A stretch of DNA of 64,000 bases from Fibrobacteria bacterium (GTDB taxonomy: Bacteria; Fibrobacterota; Fibrobacteria; UBA11236): the NCBI GenBank assembly GCA_043745805.1, contig JAYTSD010000046.1, forward strand, positions 1-64,000. The letters run 5' to 3'. The notes below the pieces were generated by a model, which saw only the letters and a list, made by a program, of their open reading frames with translations, made no database searches and was not told where the DNA came from. Made by a program: the position numbers and the translations under genes. Each line of letters begins with the position of its first letter. Within the stretch, counting starts at the first letter, position 1. Shown piece by piece: positions 15,859-26,797 of this stretch.

Positions 15859-16544
15859 TGCAAAATCGTAAACACTATAAATATTATGATTTAATTATGG
15901 CGTCTTTTGTGACGGTATTGCTTTGTTCCAATGTGATTGGCGCGGCGAAGGTTTGTACTGTGGGTGGCTTTACTTTTGGGGCCGGTGTTTTATTTTTTCC
16001 CATTAGTTATATATTCGGCGATGTCATGACCGAAGTTTATGGCTATGCGCGCGCGCGTAAAGTAGTTTGGGCTGGATTTGCAGCGGTGATTTTTGCTTCG
16101 CTAATGAGTTGGATGGTGGTGACTTTACCTGCCGCTAATGGCTGGCCCAATCAAGCGGCTTATGAATCGGTTTTTGGACAAACACCGCGTATTGTATTGG
16201 CTTCTTTAATTGCTTTTTTCTGTGGGGAATTTGCTAATTCTTTCGTATTAGCCAAAATGAAAATTTTAACCGAAGGTAAACATTTGTGGATGCGTACCAT
16301 TGGATCCACTATTGTTGGGGAAGGTGTTGACTCTTTGATTTTTTATCCCTTGGCCTTTTGGGGCGCTTGGGGAAATAATGATTTAGTGATAAAGGTGATG
16401 ATTACTAATTACTTAATTAAAACGAGTTGGGAAGCCATTATCACGCCGGTTACCTATTTAGTCGTGGGCTTTTTGAAGCGCGCCGAAAATGAAAATTATT
16501 TTGATAAAGACACGAAGTTTACGCCTTTCTCTCTGCAAGATTAA
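15858..16544 (+). CDS. yhhQ: Queuosine precursor transporter (YhhQ/VUT family)
   Basis: FPISYIFGDVMTEVYG..AR, PRIVLAS, LWMRTIGSTIVGEGVDS. Confidence 0.9.
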   Translation: MQNRKHYKYYDLIMASFVTVLLCSNVIGAAKVCTVGGFTFGAGVLFFPISYIFGDVMTEVYGYARARKVVWAGFAAVIFASLMSWMVVTLPAANGWPNQAAYESVFGQTPRIVLASLIAFFCGEFANSFVLAKMKILTEGKHLWMRTIGSTIVGEGVDSLIFYPLAFWGAWGNNDLVIKVMITNYLIKTSWEAIITPVTYLVVGFLKRAENENYFDKDTKFTPFSLQD

Positions 16545-16580
16545 TCTTTCAAGGCAATAGTCGCTTAGCTGTAAATTAAA

Positions 16581-17663
16581 ATGAATACAGAACCCTTACA
16601 TTTTTATGCTTATGATTATGCCGGCTTAATTGCAGAGTTTGCTCTGCGCTATGGTAAAGGCGAATATCATGCGGGAGCTATGTTTCGACAGATTTATCGC
16701 CATGGCAAAGTCGATCTGGATAGTTTACCTGAGTTCGATGCAAATCCAAGTTTAAAAGCAAAAATTAATGCGGATTTAAATATTGCCTTGCCGGAATTGG
16801 TTGGCCGCAGTGGCGATGGAGTAACTTATAAGTTTCTGCTGAAAATCGCAGAAAAATATGAAAGTGAATCGGTTATTATTCCCATGCGACATTATAAATC
16901 GATTTGTGTGTCCTCGCAAATTGGTTGTAAAATGGGATGTAACTTCTGCGAGACGGCACAAATGGGTTTTCTACGCCATCTTTCGGCTGAGGAAATTGTC
17001 GCACAAGTGGCTACGGCTCGATTTATTTTAAATGAACCCGTAGAAAACATCGTGTTTATGGGTATGGGTGAGCCCATGGATAATTTGGATGAAGTACTTC
17101 AGGCTATCCGTATTGTTAGTGATCAGCGCGGATTAAATATTGCTAAATCGAATATTACTATTTCTACCGTGGGGCATTTACAAGGTATACAACGTTTGGC
17201 AGAATTAGCTGCCGATTTATCGCCGAAAGGATTTTCTCGAGTGCGTTTAGCGATTAGCTTGAATGCGCCTAATGATGAAATTCGGTCGCAAATTATGCCT
17301 GTGAATCGTGTAACACCTATGGCTGAATTAAAAAAAACTTTGCAGGCTTATCCGCTTAAACATAAAGATGATTTTTTCTTTATGGAATATGTTTTGATAC
17401 CTGGAGTAAATGATGCGCCAGAACATGCTTTGCAAGTGGCGGAGTACTTGCGCGATTTGCGTGCTTGTGTGAACTTAATTCCTTATAATCCACGGCTTGA
17501 TTCTCCCTATGAGCCTGCCACGCGTGAACAGGTAGAAGTATTTTTTCATACCCTCATGAAGGCTGGGCAATATTGCCGTGTGCGTGGAACTAAGGGCCAA
17601 GAGGCCATGGCTGCCTGTGGCCAATTGGGGAATAGAGCTTTAAAGCGGCATAAAGCTGCATAA
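16581..17663 (+). CDS. rlmN: 23S rRNA (adenine(2503)-C2)-methyltransferase RlmN, radical SAM
   Basis: CVSSQIGCKMGCNFC, VFMGMGEP, NLIPYN, AACGQL. Confidence 0.93.
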   Translation: MNTEPLHFYAYDYAGLIAEFALRYGKGEYHAGAMFRQIYRHGKVDLDSLPEFDANPSLKAKINADLNIALPELVGRSGDGVTYKFLLKIAEKYESESVIIPMRHYKSICVSSQIGCKMGCNFCETAQMGFLRHLSAEEIVAQVATARFILNEPVENIVFMGMGEPMDNLDEVLQAIRIVSDQRGLNIAKSNITISTVGHLQGIQRLAELAADLSPKGFSRVRLAISLNAPNDEIRSQIMPVNRVTPMAELKKTLQAYPLKHKDDFFFMEYVLIPGVNDAPEHALQVAEYLRDLRACVNLIPYNPRLDSPYEPATREQVEVFFHTLMKAGQYCRVRGTKGQEAMAACGQLGNRALKRHKAA

Positions 17664-17690
17664 ACGCCCTTGGCTTATTACATTTGTCTC

Positions 17691-18094
17691 GGAAGCGAGC
17701 TGGATGATTGCTGGAGTTAGCTCTCTGGAGGAAAGTCCGGGCACCATAGAACAGGATGCTGGCTAACGGCCAGACTCGGTAACGGGCTGGAAAGTGCCAC
17801 AGAAAATATACCGCTTGCTTTATTTTAAATAGGGCGAGTAAGGGTGAAATGGTGAGGTAAGAGCTCACCGCGTTTTCGGTGACGAAAATGGCAGGGAAAA
17901 CCCCATCCGGTGCAAGACCAAATAGGGCGGTGTGGAGCGTTGCAAGGTAACTTGCGTGATACTCCCTGAAATGGTTCGTTTCGGTAAGCCGCCGGGTAGG
18001 TTGCTTGAGGTGCACTGTAAAGTGTTACCCAGATGGATAATCATCCCGAGTTCGCAAGAATTCGCGACAGAACCCGGCTTATAGGCTCGCTTCC
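17691..18094 (+). ncRNA. rnpB: RNase P RNA (type A)
   Basis: GAGGAAAGTCCGGGC, AGTGCCACAGAAA, GGTAAGAGC, CAAGACCAAATAGG, ACAGAACCCGGCTTA; P1 ggaagcgagc/gctcgcttcc. Confidence 0.97.
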
Positions 18095-18120
18095 AACTTT
18101 AAAAATAATTTATGAGTGAC

Positions 18121-19767
18121 TTAATGAAACCGTTGTGTACTAGGGGTGTAAATGGGTTTCGGATGCCATTTGCCTTCACTAAGTGGTGCCGCAGCTTTTT
18201 TGACATTCAAGGGTTCGAGTAAACTTTTTAAGCGTTCGGAAGCATTTGCAGTAATACGTACAATACATTCACAAGCTTGCGCCGACAGTTCTCTTCCCAT
18301 TTCTATTTGGATAAAATAAAGTCCACGTGCTAAATTAGCATGCACAATGGGAATTATTAATAAAGCTTGTTCACCCAATATTTGTCTTTCGCCTTCTGAG
18401 AGCGCTGGATATGCAAACGTAGCCTCTATATAGGAGGGGGGATTGGGGCGAGCTTTGGGCATCACTGGAGAGTCGAACATATCCTCTTGGCTTTCGCATT
18501 CATCCAATAAATGTGCTCTTAAATACAAAGGCTTTTTTTCTAATGTGCAATTCACTAAAACACCATTGTCTTTCAGTAAATTTAATTCGAGTCCCGGTAA
18601 AGGGTAACCTGCAAATTTCCCGATACTTTTTAAACGATGATTATCCCAATTCACTTCATAATAAACCAAACTGGCAATTGGAAAATGGGCGAGGAAAAAG
18701 TGACCTGTTTTTTGAATAGTTTCTTCACGTGTTCGGCAATGTAATAGTACGCTGCTGGAATCTTGCTGTAACTCTAAATATTTTAATTTGTCGCGCAATT
18801 CAAAAAAACGTTTTTCTTGATCTTCGAGTTGATATTCTAAGTGCGCAATAGTTTTTTCTAATAATTGCGCATACAGTTCAAGATCTTCATCGCGTAAGGA
18901 GAGTCCTAAACGGATTTTTTCCCATGGATCTAAAATTTCTGTTTGCACACTCGCAATATCTAATTCAGAAATTTCTAACCAAAGCTCGGTATTGCGAATA
19001 AGTTCTCGCGAAGCGGTTTTTCCACTGAGGAATAAAGGCGTGAGTTGGGTGGCTACATAAACAATATCACTCAATATTTGTCCTGATTTTTGTTGCGGAC
19101 TTTTGCTTTGGCGATGATGTCCGGCAATAACTTTGCTAATAGATCCTGGTAAGCCCCAAGCTTCCGCTACGATTTCGCCTGCTTCTTCATGGGTGAATCC
19201 AAAAACTAGTCGTTCACAATTATGTGGATCTCCCCCGCTACGAATTAATTCAAGCACACGCTCATAATCTTCGGGCCAAGTTTCATGCATAGCTAACACA
19301 CCTAAGTGATGCGTAAGGCCGGCCACATACGCCTGTTCTCCCGAAGGATAGTGACATTTGTCGGCCAATAATTTGGCAAATAATGCGGTCGCTAAAGATT
19401 CTTCCCAAAATTGATTGAGATTAAAATATCCACGGCTATGAATTTTATTCAGCATATCGTAAGTATTGACGGAACAAAAAAGTTTCGACAAATTTTTACT
19501 GCCTAAATGAATGATGGCTTGTGAAACCAAGGAACCTTTGGCGTTACCTGTTTTTTTTAAGCCACTAATCGCTTTGGTCACCAAAGCAGTTAAAACTGGA
19601 TCTTTAAGTACAGCGGCGGTTAATGCTTTTATGGGTGGAGATTCTTGTTTCAGTAATTCCAATACTTGCACAAGATTTTGCGGAGAAATTGGCAATTCAC
19701 GAATAAGGCCTAAGCGCTCTAGGGAAAATTTACTGGTATCATAATGATCTGCATTTTTTATTTGCAC
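18121..19767 (-). CDS. HDOD-domain signalling protein with coiled coil and GAF-like C-terminus
   Basis: DPVLTA, AIIHLG, FWEESLATA, AYVAGLTHHLG, E..FGFTHEEAG..WGLP..I..HH. Confidence 0.85.
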   Translation of the reverse strand: MQIKNADHYDTSKFSLERLGLIRELPISPQNLVQVLELLKQESPPIKALTAAVLKDPVLTALVTKAISGLKKTGNAKGSLVSQAIIHLGSKNLSKLFCSVNTYDMLNKIHSRGYFNLNQFWEESLATALFAKLLADKCHYPSGEQAYVAGLTHHLGVLAMHETWPEDYERVLELIRSGGDPHNCERLVFGFTHEEAGEIVAEAWGLPGSISKVIAGHHRQSKSPQQKSGQILSDIVYVATQLTPLFLSGKTASRELIRNTELWLEISELDIASVQTEILDPWEKIRLGLSLRDEDLELYAQLLEKTIAHLEYQLEDQEKRFFELRDKLKYLELQQDSSSVLLHCRTREETIQKTGHFFLAHFPIASLVYYEVNWDNHRLKSIGKFAGYPLPGLELNLLKDNGVLVNCTLEKKPLYLRAHLLDECESQEDMFDSPVMPKARPNPPSYIEATFAYPALSEGERQILGEQALLIIPIVHANLARGLYFIQIEMGRELSAQACECIVRITANASERLKSLLEPLNVKKAAAPLSEGKWHPKPIYTPSTQRFH

Positions 19768-19866
19768 TACTTTGCCCTTTACCCAAAATATCGAGAACTT
19801 TAATTTTAGGGGGAGGAGTAAGTCTAATGCAACCTTTGCGGTTATTTAAATGCAGAGAGAATGGAG

Positions 19867-21009
19867 CTATTTGCGAGCACTAAGCTTTGCCACACATTCT
19901 ATATGCGAGGTTTGGGGATAAAAATCGAAAAGACGTAAATCTTCTAAAATATATCCCCCTCGTAGTAAATCCTTTAAATCACGCGCCCAAGTTACAGGGT
20001 CGCAAGAAACATAAATCAAATGCGGGGTTTGCACGCGATTTAAAAAATCACGGACCGGCGCGCCTAGGCCACCACGTGGAGGATCGACAATGATGGTGTC
20101 AGGTTTATTTTTTAAGTAAGCGGCCAATTGTCCTTGACCGCGCAAAGCTTTTTCAACGGTTTCTGCTAAAAACACATGCTGTTTTCCAACGATATTTTTT
20201 TTTGCATAATTTAATGCGGTCGCATTTTCTTCAATGGCTAAAATCTTTTTAAAGTGGGGATTTAAAAAAGCTCCGAATAATCCTACGCCGCAATAAAGAT
20301 CCACGGCCGTATCGCCTTGTAAATCCTGCAAGGCATAAGGGATAAGCTTTTCGAGCATAGCTACATTGCTTTGAAAAAAACAATGCAAATTAAAATGAAC
20401 GGCTTGTCCGAGTATCTTTACGGTTACCTCTGGATTTTCTTTTTCGGTATTTAGGGTTACACCATTTTCATCTACCCAAACCGGAAAGCGATCGGCTATT
20501 GATTTAGGATCATGATTTTTTGTTTGTAATAATTCATCGAGGGCTCTTGGGGCCACTGCACAATGTTCAACAGCTAAGGGTGTATTACTGCCACGTCCCA
20601 TAAACCCTAAGGATTGATTGGGTAAACGATGTAATTGTAATCGATTGCGATATTCCCAAGGGGCTCCCGCTTCAATGGAAATATTTTCCCAGATAATTCC
20701 CGCAGTGCGGCGAAGCGTTTCGCTTACTATTTCCACTTTAAAGGCTAATTGTGAAGCGTATTTTATATGCATGAAATTGCAGCCTCCACAAAGGCCATAA
20801 TGGGGGCAAAGCGGCTTCTCTCTTTGCGGGGAAGGTTTTAGAATAGCCAAAGCTTCACCACGCGCAAAGTCTTTTTTATCCTCAATTATTTGGACACTTA
20901 CGCTTTCTCCAGGTAACACACCCGGCACAAAAACGACTTTCCCTTCAAAGCGGCCTAAGCCCTCTCCTCCGGGAATCAATTTTTCAATTTCGAGAATGAT
21001 TTCTTTCAC
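19867..21009 (-). CDS. rlmD: TRAM-domain RNA (uracil-5-)-methyltransferase, RlmD/TrmA family
   Basis: CPHYGLCGGC, FFQSN, DLYCGVG, VDPPRGG, YVSCDP, DFYPQTSHIE. Confidence 0.85.
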   Translation of the reverse strand: MKEIILEIEKLIPGGEGLGRFEGKVVFVPGVLPGESVSVQIIEDKKDFARGEALAILKPSPQREKPLCPHYGLCGGCNFMHIKYASQLAFKVEIVSETLRRTAGIIWENISIEAGAPWEYRNRLQLHRLPNQSLGFMGRGSNTPLAVEHCAVAPRALDELLQTKNHDPKSIADRFPVWVDENGVTLNTEKENPEVTVKILGQAVHFNLHCFFQSNVAMLEKLIPYALQDLQGDTAVDLYCGVGLFGAFLNPHFKKILAIEENATALNYAKKNIVGKQHVFLAETVEKALRGQGQLAAYLKNKPDTIIVDPPRGGLGAPVRDFLNRVQTPHLIYVSCDPVTWARDLKDLLRGGYILEDLRLFDFYPQTSHIECVAKLSARK

Positions 21010-21069
21010 AGCAGAAGTATAAACAAATCAGAGTGCTTTTTGTGGGCCAATTTTAACATGAGAAAGTGT

Positions 21070-22569
21070 TTAACGCAAATGCAAATATTTACGAATAAGT
21101 TGTTTTTCATTAATGGTGATCAAGTTCAATAACCAAGGTAAAGTGTAAAACAGTATAAATATACCTAAACGCATGATCCAAGAAAAATTTTGCGGAGTCA
21201 TTTGAATCCAAAATCCTATCGACCATCCAAAGGTTAACCATACAAAAACTAAAAGCATTTTATTCCAAGGGATTTCAATAGGGAATAATTTCTGGCTGCG
21301 ACGTGTCATCATAACAGCCATGAGGAAGTAACAAATAATGGCTGCTAATGCGGGGCCTTGTAAACCAAAGCGAGGTACTAATAAATAATTTCCTAATAGC
21401 GTAATACCAGCACCTATGCCATTAACCCACATAAAATATTTTGTTTGTTTGCGAATGTAAATTCCTAAGGTGAAATGTATAAGCCAAGCCTGCAACGCAT
21501 AGGCCAGTAACACCAAAGGTACTATGGTTAAACCGGACCAATAGGAGGGATGAATAATCGGTTTGCCAAAAACTGGAACAGCGACCAGTTTGTCGAGAAA
21601 TAACATTAAGGTTACGGAGGCTAGACCCACAAATAAACATAGCAGCCTTAAAATCTGTCCAAATAATTGTGGCGCATCGGCGTCTTTTTGACGCTGAATA
21701 AAAAAGGGCTGCCAAGCCAAGCGATACATTTGTACTAGCAATAAGCCGAATATGCCTAATTTCCACGCTGCCGAAAAAATACCTGTAAGAGATAAAACAT
21801 CATGTGCGCCATTGGGATAAAGTCGTGCAAGCTTGTCCGCAGGGAGTCGAGCGATAAAAATTCGTCCTGCCATTTCATTCACCATACCATAGAGTCCTGC
21901 TGGCACTAAGGGTAAACCAAAAACTAAAAGTTGGCGTATGTATTGAATATTCCAAACAAATTCTAATCGCTTGCTTAATTCAGGAGTAAAGCACAATAAG
22001 GTAAAAGCGCTAGCTAAAAGATTAGCGAGAAAAACACCTTCAATACCATAATGCATTTTGGCCACGAGTATAATATTACCGACGACATTTAATATCACAT
22101 TAAAAATTCGAATCAGAGCAAAATGCCAAGCTTTGTGATTTTGACGTAAATGAGCAAAGGGAACAACGCTTAAAGTATCAAATATCAAAATGGCGATGGC
22201 ATAGTGTAATAAATGCGGATGGCTATCAGGTATAAGCAACCATTGATTTAAATAAGGGTAACCTATAAAAACCAATAAAGAAAAAACTATACATCCAAAA
22301 GCCTGGCTCCAAAAGGCAGAGGAATACATTTTCCTTCTTCCGACTTCATCGAGATCTTGCGAGCAACGTAAATAGGCTGAATCAAATCCAAATTGATAGA
22401 GGATATTTAAAAAAGCGATTAAGGCAAATAGAATATTGATAATTCCAAAATCGGCTGGACTTAGAACATGGGTGTAAAATGGAACGAGTAAAAAATTTAA
22501 GAAGCGACTGGCTAACGAAGACACTCCATAAACTACGGACTCCTTCGCTAGGGCACGAATACGGCTCAA
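21070..22569 (-). CDS. Polysaccharide biosynthesis flippase (Wzx/MOP family)
   Basis: YG..R.LNFLLVPFYTHVLSPADFG N-terminus; about 12-14 TM. Confidence 0.85.
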   Translation of the reverse strand: MSRIRALAKESVVYGVSSLASRFLNFLLVPFYTHVLSPADFGIINILFALIAFLNILYQFGFDSAYLRCSQDLDEVGRRKMYSSAFWSQAFGCIVFSLLVFIGYPYLNQWLLIPDSHPHLLHYAIAILIFDTLSVVPFAHLRQNHKAWHFALIRIFNVILNVVGNIILVAKMHYGIEGVFLANLLASAFTLLCFTPELSKRLEFVWNIQYIRQLLVFGLPLVPAGLYGMVNEMAGRIFIARLPADKLARLYPNGAHDVLSLTGIFSAAWKLGIFGLLLVQMYRLAWQPFFIQRQKDADAPQLFGQILRLLCLFVGLASVTLMLFLDKLVAVPVFGKPIIHPSYWSGLTIVPLVLLAYALQAWLIHFTLGIYIRKQTKYFMWVNGIGAGITLLGNYLLVPRFGLQGPALAAIICYFLMAVMMTRRSQKLFPIEIPWNKMLLVFVWLTFGWSIGFWIQMTPQNFSWIMRLGIFILFYTLPWLLNLITINEKQLIRKYLHLR

Positions 22570-22576
22570 AAGAAGG

Positions 22577-23308
22577 CTATCTTCCTTCGGTAAGACGATT
22601 AATCAGGAATTCGGCGAAACCAAGTTTCCGCATGGCCTCTTGCGTTTTATTAATGTCATAGGCGACCCGAATAATTTCTACGGTCATTTTTTCAGTATCG
22701 CATAGGCACCAAGCAGCCAATGGATTTCTATCTCGGGGTTGCCCCACGCTACCATCATTCACCAAAATGCGTTGTTCGGGCAAAAGTGTATGGAATAAAG
22801 TTTCGGAAACACGGAAATTTTGTTCGCCTTCGGTAATCACAATAATGGGCCAATGGGTATGCCCAATAAAACAAATGCGTTCGGTAAAAAAAGAAAATGC
22901 ATCAACCGCATCATCCAAGCTGGTAACATAACGCCAATCGGCAGGCGACCATGGACTGGCATGGACAAAAAGTAATGGACTTTCGGAGGCCATATACGGA
23001 AGTCCTTTGAAAAATTCAACGGATTCCGTTGTTAAAACTTTTGCAGTCCACTCAATGGCTTTTTGCGCATTATAATTATTCCAATTATCGGCTGATTCAC
23101 GACCAATGGCTACACTATCATGATTACCCAATATTACAAAATCACTATTATTTTTTACCAGTTCAACGCATTCATTGGGAAATGGGCCATAGCCAACAAT
23201 GTCACCCAAGCAAACTTTTTTTTCAACGCCTAAGCGTTTCATGGATTCTAAAACTCTTTGTAAGGCTTCGAGGTTACCATGTATATCTGAATAAATACCG
23301 TATTTCAT
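22577..23308 (-). CDS. Metallophosphoesterase
   Basis: SDIHGN, LGDIVGYG, GNHD, GHTH, GSVGQPRD. Confidence 0.92.
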   Translation of the reverse strand: MKYGIYSDIHGNLEALQRVLESMKRLGVEKKVCLGDIVGYGPFPNECVELVKNNSDFVILGNHDSVAIGRESADNWNNYNAQKAIEWTAKVLTTESVEFFKGLPYMASESPLLFVHASPWSPADWRYVTSLDDAVDAFSFFTERICFIGHTHWPIIVITEGEQNFRVSETLFHTLLPEQRILVNDGSVGQPRDRNPLAAWCLCDTEKMTVEIIRVAYDINKTQEAMRKLGFAEFLINRLTEGR

Positions 23309-23359
23309 AATACCTTATAATACAACAATTAACCGTTTCATCCAATATTTGAAATAAAG

Positions 23360-25939
23360 CTATTTTGCAGCGGTCGCATTGACGGGTTTGGCCGTAACAA
23401 CATTTTCAAGTTCATTAGATTTTGCATATTCGGGCAAAGCTTTTTTGATGTCCATAGCGCAGCGAAATCCCACTTTATAATTCCGCATACTGGGTCGATT
23501 ATTAAAGCGCGCAGCGGATCCTAAGCTACTAGCTTCACTATACCAACTGGCCCCACGAATCACTTTAGAATTAGCGAAAGGATTGCCTTTGGGATTATCT
23601 AAATCCGTAGGTGAATAAGGGCCAAAGCCATCTTCTACCCATTCAAAAACATTGCCGGCCATGTCATGCAAGCCCCATGCATTAGGTTTTTTAAGTCCCA
23701 CACGTTGGGTGTGATTTTCGGCATTATCGTGAAACCAAGCATATTCTTTAGCATCTTGATGATTCCAATAAAAACTCGCCGCGCTGCCCGCTCTAGATGC
23801 ATATTCCCATTCCCCTTCTGTAGGTAATCGCCCGCCAATTTCTTGACAATAATTTTTTGCTTCATCCCAAGTTACCCGTTCGACAGGAAGTTTTTCTCCT
23901 TTACGATAGGCCGGATTATTTCCTGTGACACTGGTAAATTCCTCTTGCGTTGCTTCATATTTTTGTAGTAAAAAGGCGCTCACCGTAACTTGTTTACCAT
24001 CTTCACGCAAAAAACTGCCGGCTGGAACATATACCATGCTATGATTTCCTTTGGCATTGCTGATAGACTTAAGTTCTCCAGCAAATAAGGGGAGGCGCTG
24101 AGTAGTGAACTTCCAAATAGGTCCTTCTACCGAGGTCAAGCTGTCTTTGGCAATAACTTTCCAATAATACGTGGTATTCGGTTTCAAATCTTTAAGCTTA
24201 TAAGTGCTTTCTTCAAAACCACCGATTAATAATTGGGTAGGTGGATTTTGTGATTCTAAATAAAGATCAAATTTTAATTTATCGCCTAAATCGGGATCCG
24301 TACTTTTCCAGCTTAATTGAAAAACAGGAAAGGGTTTTTCATCTGTGCTAAGGTATGTGGGAATTGCGGGAATAGTGGGAGGATGATTTATTTTGTCGGT
24401 GCTAAAGGCTAAACCATTCAGTGGAAAAGGCTCGCTGCTACCCATGACATTGGTGGCGATAATACGAAAGCTGTACTGTGAGTTTGGTTTTAAATTGGCA
24501 ATGTGAATTTGAGCACCAATAGTTTTATCGAGGATAACTTCCCAGTTTCCCCCTTCACGTTTTTGTTGCACCATATAATAATCGGCAGGAGGAGTGAATT
24601 GGCATTTTAACACAACTCCCGCACTATCTTCTTTTTTAATCGTAACATTTCCCTCACGCGGCGGTGTTAGCAAAAGATTTTCTTGACCAAAAAAATTAAA
24701 CATTTGACTTTTGCCATCTGTACTGAAAGAGGCTTCACCGGACAATCGTGATCCAAAGCTCAAAGCCTTATTGCCACTACTGAGAATACTAATGGCGCGA
24801 GTGGTAGTGCTAAAGCTTCGACTATACGAATATTTATCGGAAGTAGCTTTTAAAAAAGGACTGATGCTAAAGTTTTGCGTGAGTCCCGAGAGCGTGACTT
24901 CGACCTTAGATGTTAAGGCTATTTTCATTTCTCCAGAGCCACGTAATTCTTGCAAATCATTTTTAGCAGAGGACATGGTATTTTCACCGGTGGGCTTCCA
25001 CAATCCTTGATTACTTTGCAGGGAGTTGCGAAAATTATTCTGCACTTTAAAATCTGTCTCTAAAGCAAAGTCGTCTCCTTTAGAGAGGCATTCCATGTGA
25101 AGGGTCGGTTGATGGTTTATTCTTAAAATTAATCCTGGCGCGAGCGGTAAAATTTTTTCGGATCGTATCGGAAAATCTTCATCATAGCGAAAGTTACCCT
25201 GGCCAGATAATTGACCATGAATATGGGCCGAAATTTCATTTTGCCCCTGTAGTTGGAGATTGAGTATTTCCAACTTGCCGTCTTTAATTTTAATTCTGCC
25301 CGCTAAGGTGGGTTGAAATAGAATGCGAAAATTTTTCAGAGAATAATTCCAAAATCCATCATGACCTAAGGAATCGCTGCTGTGAATATCTTCTCCATAA
25401 TTACGAGAAGGAGTAAAGACATTAAGATCTAAGCGCGTAAAAAAAGCAATATCACAATTTAAAATCGCTTCTGTAATTTCGGCAGGTGATACTTTTAATA
25501 ACCATCGACGAAAACCAAACCCTTGATCTAATTCTACCACCTGAGAAATTTTTTGCAAAAAACCACCATTTGTGGTATCCGATAAAATCTGCCCTATGTG
25601 CGGAATGAAATTTGTTGGCGCTTCCAAAACTAAGCTAGAGTTATCCGCATTTTGCGTAATGCGAAGGCTTTTATGTTGGCTAAAATCAATTAAATCGGGT
25701 GAGAGTTTATAGGGAACACTATCATTTTCATCAATAAAAATAGCATTGTCTATATCATAGCCCTTTAAATTTATTTTACTTAAGTCGGGACTAAGAATGG
25801 AATCTTCAAGACTAACTGTTAAAATTTTTTGCCCCACAAAAGTGGTATCCAATTTGAATGGATCGAATGCCAAGCCTAGACTAGAAAACCCAGCAAGGAA
25901 AACTAAAGCTTGTTTTATTTTTTTTTCGTTTAGTTTCAT
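23360..25939 (-). CDS. Exported protein with Fn3 domains and C-terminal FGE-sulfatase (SUMF1) domain
   Basis: LKPNSQYSFRI and LKPNTTYYWKV (Fn3); RLPTEGEWEYA, PNAWGLHDMAGNVFEW, RGASW, GFRC. Confidence 0.85.
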   Translation of the reverse strand: MKLNEKKIKQALVFLAGFSSLGLAFDPFKLDTTFVGQKILTVSLEDSILSPDLSKINLKGYDIDNAIFIDENDSVPYKLSPDLIDFSQHKSLRITQNADNSSLVLEAPTNFIPHIGQILSDTTNGGFLQKISQVVELDQGFGFRRWLLKVSPAEITEAILNCDIAFFTRLDLNVFTPSRNYGEDIHSSDSLGHDGFWNYSLKNFRILFQPTLAGRIKIKDGKLEILNLQLQGQNEISAHIHGQLSGQGNFRYDEDFPIRSEKILPLAPGLILRINHQPTLHMECLSKGDDFALETDFKVQNNFRNSLQSNQGLWKPTGENTMSSAKNDLQELRGSGEMKIALTSKVEVTLSGLTQNFSISPFLKATSDKYSYSRSFSTTTRAISILSSGNKALSFGSRLSGEASFSTDGKSQMFNFFGQENLLLTPPREGNVTIKKEDSAGVVLKCQFTPPADYYMVQQKREGGNWEVILDKTIGAQIHIANLKPNSQYSFRIIATNVMGSSEPFPLNGLAFSTDKINHPPTIPAIPTYLSTDEKPFPVFQLSWKSTDPDLGDKLKFDLYLESQNPPTQLLIGGFEESTYKLKDLKPNTTYYWKVIAKDSLTSVEGPIWKFTTQRLPLFAGELKSISNAKGNHSMVYVPAGSFLREDGKQVTVSAFLLQKYEATQEEFTSVTGNNPAYRKGEKLPVERVTWDEAKNYCQEIGGRLPTEGEWEYASRAGSAASFYWNHQDAKEYAWFHDNAENHTQRVGLKKPNAWGLHDMAGNVFEWVEDGFGPYSPTDLDNPKGNPFANSKVIRGASWYSEASSLGSAARFNNRPSMRNYKVGFRCAMDIKKALPEYAKSNELENVVTAKPVNATAAK

Positions 25940-26493
25940 TAATGAACTTTAGTCAACACTTTGCGTAACACAATTTTTCCATCGAGTTTTAGGGCTATAA
26001 ATTGAATACCATTGGGATCCCCCATTTTGTCTTGGTCGAGCATTACCGAATGACTTCCGCGTTCAAAATTACCTTCCAGAATTGTTGCGAGATTTTTTCC
26101 ATAAAAATCCATTAATTGCAGCACTACATTTCCCGACTTGGGTAAGGTTAAATCAATTACATAGCCTTTGTTTAAAGGCTTAACATTAAGGGCTAAATCA
26201 AACTTTGATTCGATAGCTTCAATCTCTTTGGGTAATTCTTCAGAACTTAAAATGATTACTTTTTCTAAGTCATGGGTTGCGCCTGTACGGGCGGTGATTT
26301 CACCCAAACGGAGCACCGTGTTTTCTGCCCGCAAGGGTTGTTTTAAATGCAGAATTATTTTTTGCTTCGCAGAAGAGAAAGTAAAAAAAGAAAAAACCAA
26401 CAAAACTTCGAAACTGATTCTGGAAATTTTCAGAGTCAAGGATGAATATTTATTTGTTCGGAGATTCATCAGATTGGTTTCCAGATTAATCAA
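25939..26493 (-). CDS. Hypothetical exported protein with T9SS-CTD/FlgD-like C-terminus
   Basis: 'LTLPKSGNVVLQLMDFYGKNLATI..G.H..GIQFIAL'; stop overlaps the downstream start (TAATG). Confidence 0.6.
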   Translation of the reverse strand: MINLETNLMNLRTNKYSSLTLKISRISFEVLLVFSFFTFSSAKQKIILHLKQPLRAENTVLRLGEITARTGATHDLEKVIILSSEELPKEIEAIESKFDLALNVKPLNKGYVIDLTLPKSGNVVLQLMDFYGKNLATILEGNFERGSHSVMLDQDKMGDPNGIQFIALKLDGKIVLRKVLTKVH

Positions 26494-26797
26494 GAAGTAA
26501 AAGTGTCAGTAAGCTTTACAAGAGAAATTGTAATTTAAGCTCTTAAGTCTTCTAAGAATAATACAAATTGTGGTTTTTCGCTTTAAATATCGGGTAAAAT
26601 TCCATGAAAGTGCCCCAAAATGGCAAAATTCAGCTGGGGCCGATTTTGCCACAAGCAAAAGCATTTGTGGGGAGATTAAGGTTGTCTTTTTTAGCTAAGG
26701 GCGATAAAATTTGCAACATAATGACTTTTTCCTTTTTCGCATGGGAAAAAACAATTATATTCTGATGACCTGAGGTTTTTTAATTCATGGAAGTCTT

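Noticed and set aside
17590..18015. 141-aa minus-strand ORF
   Set aside because: Antisense shadow of rnpB.
26600..26650. Inverted repeat tggcaaaat...attttgcca upstream of the sugar transferase
   Set aside because: Single short stem with no recognisable ops/JUMPStart or riboswitch motif; insufficient support.
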